Below, one piece after another: positions 55,406 to 64,000 of a DNA stretch of 64,000 nt. This DNA is from Blasia pusilla (lineage: Eukaryota). A program made the position numbers and the translations under genes. The notes under the pieces were generated by a model. The model searched no databases, was not told the DNA's origin, and saw nothing but the letters and a program-made list of their open reading frames with translations. The stretch covers positions 41,230,001-41,294,000 of the forward strand of contig CM114271.1 in the NCBI GenBank assembly GCA_050084515.1, in the 5' to 3' direction. Each line of letters starts with the position of its first letter. Within the stretch, counting starts at the first letter, position 1.

Positions 55406-57667
55406 TGTCACGTCTTTTAGGATAGATCGGTGAGATCTAGTAGAGCGCCTTCATGAGTAGTGGAGGACAAGCTTAGTAGGTTGAGGATGACCTGTTGAGG
55501 CCCCAAGATTCCCCTTCGTTTCGGCTCATTTGGAGCCATATTGAGGAACTTACTATTTTAGATAAATACCATTTTGAGTATATGATCAAATTTCTATTTT
55601 TGGTAAGTGACCCTTGACCACCTACATGAGGTCAAGAGCCAAGGAGGTGACTTGGGAGAATAGTTTACCATGGAGAGATCTTAGGAGAGGGGAGGGGTAT
55701 ACCTCAAGGAGAGAGAGCTTGAGAGCTCATTCTCTCTTTGTTGAACCTCTTGGCATGGGGCGGTGGAACTATGGTCCCTTACCTTGTGAGTGTAACCCAC
55801 GCCTCTCATTAGGAGAGTGGGTTTGGTTTGACATGAGAGAGAGTGCATACCTTTGAGAGCTATGGTGTGAGATGGTGTAGAGAGAGATTGGATCTTACTT
55901 TACAAAGAGAGAATGAGAGAATGAGAGAGTGAGAGAGCTTCATGGGGGAGCTCGCTGGTCACCCACTATTTTTGCAGGTTGGGGACCGTGTTCCCCTTTT
56001 CAGCGGCTCATGGGAATGCTCACCGGAGCAAGGGATGCTTTGATTGTTCTTTGCATTTGCCGATTTTTTGTGTGAAAGAGTGGCGCACGGAAGCGCTGCC
56101 CAATTTCTGATAGGGATTGATTATGGGGGTGGGTTGCCCCATAATCAATCCGGTGCTCTCGGGAGCACCATATAACTTGCTGATTTGTATTATTACAGGT
56201 TTACATTTTGGTTGGGAGAAATCAGCGCGGAAGCGCTGCCGAATTTTATGTAGGAGAAAGAGACATTGGGCTCTACCATAGTCCCGGTCAATTTTTACTG
56301 GAATGTCTAATTCTAAATATTTTTTGATACCGTCGTAGATCGTGAAGCTGTGCACGTTATGCAACAAATAATGCACAATTTGGAGTTGTGAGTAAAAATT
56401 TATGTTAAATTGTATGTTAATGCACAATTTGGAGTTACGAGTAAAAATTTATGTTTGGGTTAAATTGTTCAAACCCTAAACCATAGTCGTAGTCACCGTC
56501 ACCGGTCAACGGTCAACCGTTACCATTGACGGTCCGTTATCACCATCAACGGTCCATCGTCCATCGTCCACCGGCCATCGTCGGCTGTTGCTGTTGCCCA
56601 GCGTTGCTCAGAGCCGCATTCGGCCGTTGTCCACCCTTTGGTTGCCATTTCCGCCATTACGGAGTGGAGGGTCTTCCACGACATTCGTTGATTCTTTGAC
56701 TTGCGTCGCCACCACGTACTTTGTTTTGGCCGCCACCGTCATCAAAGTTTCGTCGTCGACCAGTGATGGCAGATGACCTCCATTATGGTGTTTGAGTTTT
56801 GATTTCATGCTGCTATGTTGTGATTGGTAGCCGCTTGATGACGATCGAGTACCGTGCCGTGACGCCGGTAGCCGCAACGCGCCGCCGATTGCCGCGCCGT
56901 GCTGCTCGTGGCTGCACTGCACCGTCTCGATCGCGGAGTCCCACCGTTATTGTGGAGCAGAGTGTGGGTTTATTGTTGATTGAGGAGGATATGCCGCCGA
57001 GTGCTGCATCCCACTATCGAGGGCCATGCCGTTTGTAGCCATTCCGTGCCGCCTGCAACGCCGTACCGTTCTGCTGGAACCGCACTGTCTATTGAGGAGT
57101 TTTGAGCAACGTCAATACGGGAGGAGTATGACTTACTCATTGGAGGAGTTGTCTCCATGACCGAGTTGGGGTTAAGATTTGGAGTTGCTTAGGAGCGACA
57201 TCGACATGTGTTCAGGTTACCCATTCTGATCCTTTACCCTGCACGCGTGAGGGATTCTGGGATTTGGGTAGTTTATTTGGGGATATTGGGTTGTGTGGAT
57301 GTTGAGAGCATCATTTATGTATGTGGTTTAGGGGACATAGACCTGTGTGGGATGTCCGGAGTTGAGGGTAGGTTATTGATGAGATGATAGCCTGGTCGAT
57401 TTTCCGTACCACGCCGCTTGTTGCTGCACGTTACACGTCTCGGGGAGGGAGAGTGTAGATTGAGTGCTGCATGTTTGGGATGAGTGATTGAGGGATTACT
57501 TGCGAGGTTGAGAGTGATTGTGTGAGAGGGGCACGAGGGCCAACACAACGTCCTTTCAGGATTTTGAGAGGCGAGGTAGTGGACCTGAGAGTAGCTCTGG
57601 AGGGTTTACCCGGAGTGGTGCAAGGTTTCAAGGGTCTCCAGGTGAGAGACCACCTTGATCTCCTTTT

Positions 57668-58900
57668 GTGTCATCTTCAGACAAGGGGGAGCGTGTAGAG
57701 GAGTTTGTGAGCACATCACCACACATTGTGAGTGGTCCTACCAGTTGGGCGTACGAGATGGACGATCGGGGTAGAGGACCACGTAGGTTTTCAGGTGCAG
57801 TAGGCACGATTAAGTTGCACGATTTCATAGCAGAGTTTAGGAGTTGGTGCGACTCCCATCAGGCCAGGAACTCTAGAGAGTTCAACCCGTTTACAGCATG
57901 GAACGGTATGTTCCAGCATTTAGAGGGGGCATCCATGGACGATTACCATGAGTTCTCCCACAGATATGCGAAGGAGATTGAGGCATGGCGATTGTATTAT
58001 GACCCACATTATGTGTCATGGACAAAGCCGTTCCCAGATCAGGAGGAGGAGTCAAGAGAGGCTACTTCCTCTTCCACTAGTGATGTTTTAGGAGGGGTCA
58101 CTCGCAATAGAGCAGTTGCACTGTCTAGTCGGGTTCGTCCCAGGTTCAACCCCGTGGTTGAGTTCTTTGCTGAGTTGAGGGCGAGCTACCAGGGGGTACG
58201 GACGGAGAAGTTTTGGAGCATCCACGACGTCCAAAGGCGCCTAGGTGAGAGTTTGTGTTAGGCTTATACTCGCTTGTGCCGGTTGATCAACGTCACTCAG
58301 GGGGTGACAGAGGCTCAGGCTATGCAATCATGGTAGGTGATGCTGGACCGGATCTTGCGGACACGGATGCAGGAGGGGGTGCTTGTTATGAACACCTCCC
58401 CTACGTTGAGAGATGTTTTTAGGACCGTCAATAATATTGAGTGCAACATGGCGGAGGAGAGCGTAGCCACCATGGGTTTTGGGCGAGAGTTGTCACGATT
58501 TCCTACACTACCTATGCAGCAACGTGGACTCCGAGATAGGTCGACTGTGGCACCACGAGCTCAGGGAGGATACCGAGGGGCCATGCCACAGAGACCTGCG
58601 CCTTCATATGTGGCTCAGTAGCAGCCGTCTACTATTACTTGTTGGTCATGTGGTGAAGCCCATCATCAGCGTGATTGCATTCGTCAGGGTCATGGACATG
58701 TGCCTCAGCATGGAGAAGGAGAAGGTGCTGTACCAGGAAGTTATCAGTGTGACTATTGTTAGAGGTCTGGTCATACACGCGCCAGGTGTTTCAGTTTACA
58801 TCTTGAGTTACGTTCAGAACAAGGGCCAGAGAGGGCACCAGAGCAAGTCATCGGTCCGGGTGGGCCTAGAGATCGTGCACGAGGTGGTCCCGTTGGGGGA
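57668..58900 (+). pseudogene. Gag-like region of copy C with two zinc knuckles
   Basis: One frame with a few stops; CWSCGEAHHQRDC (~58640) and CDYC*RSGHTRARC (~58748). Confidence 0.75.
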
Positions 58901-59841
58901 CGAGGAGCTGTAATTTCCCGACAGGGTGGTGGAGCTGCCTGTGGAGGAGGTAGAGTCCCACCACCTAGAGGCGTCGAGGGAGATGCCGAGCGTGAGGCTA
59001 GGATGGAGATACATCAGCTACAGGAGCAGATTGCCGCTATGGCATTGAGATTACCCGATGTCGGATCCATGGCATCGACATCATATGGAGCAGCCAAAGA
59101 TATGGAGGATCCTGGTTGGATGTGCGGGGTTGCCCAGATGGAGGCAGCCGCAGTTGTGACGTGAGGAGGATTCAGAGGATTGGGCTTGACTAGAGCTAAT
59201 GTGGAGCGTTGTCCATTCCGGATACAGACATCCTTGGGTGAGTGAGTACCACATAGTATATCACCCGACAGGAGGTCATGGTGAAGATTCGCTCCGAACA
59301 TCCTATAGATGAGTCCATGGTGCGAGCTAAGGCGATAGTGACTGATGCAGAGTCCTACGACGTCTTGGTTGGTGGAGGAGTGTTATACCCGATCGGGTTT
59401 TCCCTGGATTTCTAGGAGGAGTTAGCGTCCTACAGATCAGGATGGCATTCAAGTGGTGGGTGCCTTAGCTCATTACCTATTTGATTCACAAGTGCAGTGA
59501 TCGAGCGACGGCCAGGAGAGGTGGCGACCTTAGCAGCATTTAGCAGTGCCATCACTTGGCCTAGTGATTTGATTGAGGGACATGTCCATGCAAAGGATAC
59601 TCCCGTTCTTGACATTTCTATGGAGAGGAGTGTTATGGTAGCCGCATCATTGCGTGGAGGAGAGGTGCCGTTGTGGGGCTCAATTGAGGAGCTTCGACGA
59701 TTGGTAGATGAGCACGTGCAGACCGCGTGGAGCAAGGCGTTTGCATCGGAGCGTGACGGGTCTGAGGACCCCGAGGTAGTAGGGAGTGCTAAGATGACAC
59801 CCTTGGATACCACACATATTGTGTGGTGTATCCCGGAGGAG

Positions 59842-60799
59842 GGTATTTGAGTGTTAGATCTCTTTGGAGGGATTAGCACCAGGTTAGCTGATGTTTTGCA
59901 AGCAAGAGTGCGAATGCAGCAGTACATGTATGTGGAGAGTGATGATGTTGCGAGGCGAGTCTTACTACGACATGTGGTGCAGTTACACCTACGTTTTCCC
60001 GACTTATTGTCTGCGTCCGCGGTACAGGGATACTAGAGTTCCCTACCGAGGGATATTTTGTTGCTGGGGGCGCAGGACTTAGATTGGTTAGGCACTTTTG
60101 ATTTGGTTATTGCCGGTTGGCCATGTCAAGGCCAATCAAGTGTTGGACAAGGCAGCGGGTTGGCTGACACTAGGTCCAGGTTGTTTTGGGAGATGTTGAG
60201 GGTCTTACGGGAGTTGCAGGAGCATCAGTCTCGTTCTCCAGCCTACATTATGGAGAATGTGGCAATCTTAGAAGACTCCAGGTCACGGATGGTGGCGAGT
60301 GCTCATCAGGTGGGTGCTTGGATTGGCCCAACAGTGTTCTTGGATGCGGCGAGTGTAGGTTCTAGAGCCCACGTCTATGGTGGACCAACTTGGTGCCCCA
60401 TGCGGTGTTACGGAGGGCGTATGCGAGAGTGGAGCGCCTCTCCCATTTGTTAGTGGATTCCATTCTGGATCCAGGTCGTTGCTCACAGGCAGTGAGGCAC
60501 GATGATGACCACCGTTGATTGTGGTCAACAGGGTAGGCAATCCGCGGGCAGCCTTTCCCACGCTTGTGAGTTTTTTCGCATCCTATGCATACAAGGAGGC
60601 CGGTGCTGGCTTTGTTTGGGATGACCACGTTCAGAGGTTGGTGGAGCCCAACGCCGACGAGAGAGAGCGGGCGATGGGATTTCCCACAGGAATGACGGCA
60701 GTACCGACAGTATCAGAGGCATCACAACGCCATGTCTTGGGTCAGGCGATGGACATGAACTGCTTGACATGGATCTTCAGCTTGGGAGTGGCTGAGTAG
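59842..60799 (+). pseudogene. Retrotransposon-borne DNMT3-like cytosine-5 methyltransferase domain (copy C, all motifs present)
   Basis: VLDLFGGIST (I), YVESD (II), FDLVIAGWPCQG (IV, catalytic PC), SRLFWEMLRVL (V), YIMENV (VI), DAASVGSRAH..WWTN (VIII, frameshifted), ERERAMGFP (IX), QRHVLGQAM (X). Two stops and one frameshift. Confidence 0.92.
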
Positions 60800-63700
60800 C
60801 GTCGGATGAGATCGTGATAGATCACAACGGTTGCGTTGGTGAGCCCCATGCCTATCGAGACGATGGAGGCAGTGGCTGGGGGCGAGACCCGAGGAGATCG
60901 ACACACCAGGGGAGATTGGGAGAGACACCCTTGGAATTCTTGGGATGTTTTGTAGGTACGCCAGGAGATGATAGCCATAACATCGAGCGTGGTTCCGGGT
61001 ATTGCATGTGGAGGAGATTGGAGTTTGTACTTGGCTGCAAGAGAGCGGTCGAGTGTCGTTATTTGAGACGGGGTTGCACCATAGCAAGCACGGATATCCG
61101 CGCCGGAGAGTCCTACCGTAGGCAAGATGGAGACTTGGGATCCAGATATGGGCCCTAAGTTGGCAGGAGGAGAGCGGCGCCGAATACATCAGTTCCTTAG
61201 GAGTTATAGGAGCTGCTTTGCGTTTAGCATGGAGAATTTGGGTACGCTGAATGGACCGGGGATCGATCCCCATTGAGTTGTTGAGTGATACGCCGATCTT
61301 CTGACAACCCTACAGGTACAGTGATATGGAGAGGGCTCTGATTCAGAGTAGGAGCCAGGACTTGGTTGGAGAAGGACTAGTGGAGATGTCGCATGGGGAG
61401 TATACATCTGCCACTGTCATGCCCGCCAAGAAGGATGTGCATGGCAACTAGACGGATAGGCGGATGTGTGGGGATTACCGACCTATCAATCGGCACACGA
61501 AGTGCGATAGGTATGCCATGCCCACCCCTGAGGAGATCTTTGATGCGATTGGTCACGCAAAGGTCTTCAATTCATTGGATTTGCGAGCCGGATACCATCA
61601 GCTGCCTATCAGATTGGAGGACAGGCCGAAGACGGCATTTTGGGGCATCAATCCTCACGGGAAGGATTGTTTGTATCAGTGACGATTCTTACCATTTAGG
61701 TTAAAGAACGCCCCAACTAAGTTTCACACGATCATGGATAGAATCTTGGCTGGTCTGTATTTTGCTACGTGTTATATTGATGACATTGTAGTCTTTAGCG
61801 CCACGGTTGAGGAGCATGAGCGACATCTAGAGGAGGTATTTCGATGATTGCAATTACATGAGCTAAAGCTACATCCAGGCAAGTGCAAGTTCTTCTACGA
61901 CGAGATTTAGTACTTGGGTCATACGATATACCTAGGGGGCCTTGGTGTTCAGAAACCGGAGGTAGAGGCTATCTCATGCATTCCACACCCTACAGATGTG
62001 AGTCGTGTTCGTGCATTCATGGGATTGGCGAACTTCTATTGGCGGTACGTCAAGGGATTCAGTTTGATTGCAAAGCCGCTGACCTTGCTGACCAAGGTGG
62101 ATCACGAGTGGCAGTGGGGGGATGAGCAAGAGCAAGCATTTCAATTGCTCAAGGGCAGGTTGACGTCTGCGCCCATCTTGAGGAGACCGAGATCAGGGGG
62201 CGTCCTTTCCAGTTGCACACAGATTGGAGCATGTTGGGGCTTGGAGCGGTGCTCATCTAGCATGATGATGAGGGTAGAGAGTTTGTGATGGTTTACACTA
62301 GCCGCTCGAACAACGATGCAGAGGCGAAGTACAACTCGTATGAGTGTGAGTGCTTGGCTGCAATGTGGGTTGTCGCGCATTTCAGGTGTTACTTATTCGA
62401 CAACCCCTTTACCATCATCATTGATCATCAACCACTGAAGTGGTTGATGGAGTCTGACAAGCTTACAGGGAAGCTTGCGAGATGGGCTTTGTTGTTGCAG
62501 GAATATGATTTTCAAGTGGTACATAGACCTGGGCCGCTCAACCAGGATGCAAATGGGTTGAGTCGTAACCCATGCACGAGTCAGCAAGATGCGACTAGAG
62601 CTCGATGGCATGGAGAGAGTGATGAGGAGTCAGTGCCAGGATGGCACGCGTCAGCCTATTTAGGCATGTTGGCTATGGAGAGCCAGAGTGTGGAGACTTT
62701 GACGGCGAGGTCTAGTGGAGAGTCCTTGGATCCCGAGGCCAGTGAGGAGACCACAGGCGGTCGAGATATTCATGATGATGGAGTAGTCTTGGAGTACCTT
62801 CGAACTGATAGCGTTGCGAGCACCGTGGGTGCTAGAGAGCGGGATCGAATCCTACATCGGGCCAAACGGTTCTGTTGGGAGGGGACACATGTTTTGAGGG
62901 TTTGGGAGGATGGTAGAGTACACAAAGTGCCGCATCAATTGTAGAGAGCATGACTAGTGCAACATGCCCACGAGGAGTTGGGTCACTTTGGGGTGAAGCG
63001 GATGTACAACTTGCTCCAGATTCAGTATTGGTGGCAAGGCATGCAGACCGATGTTTAGCAGTTTATTGCCAAGTGCATGGTGTGTGATCGGGTCTGAGGA
63101 TCGTTCAATGCTCCGACTTCACAGTTGCATCCATTACCGATCATAGGCTTAGGGTATATATGGAGTTTGGATTTTGCAAGACCTTTGCCTTTGACGGAGC
63201 GTCACAATCATTATGTGTTGGTAATGGTCGAGCACTTCTTGAAGTGGATTGAGTTGGTTGCATTGCCTGACAAAGCGAGTGAGGGAGTAGCTTATGCCTT
63301 CCTTGACAGAGTGTTGAGTCATTATGGCGCACCGGCTGAGGTGTTGACAGACTAGGGTACGGAGTTTCGCGGTGAGTTCCTGGCCTTGTGTGATTAGGCA
63401 CTGATCAACCACCGCACGACTTCGCGAGATCATCTCGAGGTGGATGGATTAGCGGAGAGAGTTGTGTAGACGGTGAAGAGGGGTTTACGCAAGTACGGCT
63501 TGCAGAGAGGTCACCTAGGAGATTGTGACCTCCAATTTCCATGGTTGGCGATGGGATACAGATTTAGAAGGCATGCATCCTAGGCGTCTTTTTCACCATT
63601 CTTGCTACTTTATGGCCAAGAGCCAGATTTACTTGCGGCCATTCATCGAGATGCTGGTGATGTGCTGGACCTTGATGACCCAGATGTATGGATGCGAGCA

Positions 63701-64000
63701 TGTTCTCAGAGGGTTGAGTTGTTTCGGAGAGTGATGCTCATGGCGTTCGAGAACTTGGCGATTGCGCAACATTGGGATACGTTGAGGTATGCGACTATTG
63801 AGGGTGGTGGTTATCGACCAATTATCCGGAGGTTTCATCAAGGAGATTATGTCTACTTGCAGCAGACGGCACCAACGACGTTGGATATGACTGCAAGGCG
63901 CACTATCTTGAGAGCGCGTGACGTTTTTCCATCAGGTGTTCTTTTGCTAGAGGGACGTGATCGTATGGTATGGAAGGAACATGTGCGTAATTGTACGCCA

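Larger units (their letters stand above)
55406..64000 (+). mobile_element. DNMT-carrying Ty3/Gypsy retrotransposon, copy C (intact 5' end; runs off the window)
   Basis: TGTCACG start; terminal repeat A1 to ~55903; long leader; gag ~57668-58900; protease remnant (YDVLVGG ~59355); DNMT 59842-60799; RT (CGDYRPIN, YIDD ~61773); RNase H; integrase (HEELGH, WSLDF, VEHF). Multiple stops. Confidence 0.93.

Noticed and set aside
55941-55960. CA-TGGGGGAGCTCG as a tRNA PBS for copy C
   Set aside because: Only loosely like an animal tRNA-Pro PBS, and it does not follow the family's conserved CACGACA end. It needs a check against host tRNAs; a true match would weaken the split-repeat model.
59842-60799. 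Host DNMT3 gene or bacterial restriction-modification methylase
   Set aside because: Intronless, embedded in pol, repeated at the same position in a second copy, and with no endonuclease or bacterial context.

Overview
Eukaryotic, repeat-rich land-plant DNA; a bryophyte-like lineage is my inference, not proven. Two convergent host genes sit in a central island: a 13-exon WD40 gene of the DSE1/TANMEI family (+, 34868-39027) and an intronless plastid HAD phosphatase of the PYRP2 family (-, 42137-43369). Both flanks are nested, decayed transposons. The main signal is a Ty3/Gypsy family present as three partial copies (A 1425-12483 +, B ~53555-55405 -, C 55406 to window end +), one solo terminal unit and further fragments. 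Its polyprotein carries a DNMT3-like C5 cytosine methyltransferase between protease and RT, and a PHD finger after integrase. Its termini look like split direct repeats (A...B-A-B with a CA-NN-TG junction and a 4-bp TSD) rather than ordinary LTRs. Also present: a full-length Copia with TA...CA LTRs plus a second, split copy; a 4.3-kb hAT with 8-bp TSD carrying two tRNA-like mini-structures; a hAT MITE; a 2.6-kb foldback with CT/GA microsatellites; and Helitron remnants. All TE ORFs are pseudogenised. All alignments were made by eye; no searches were run.
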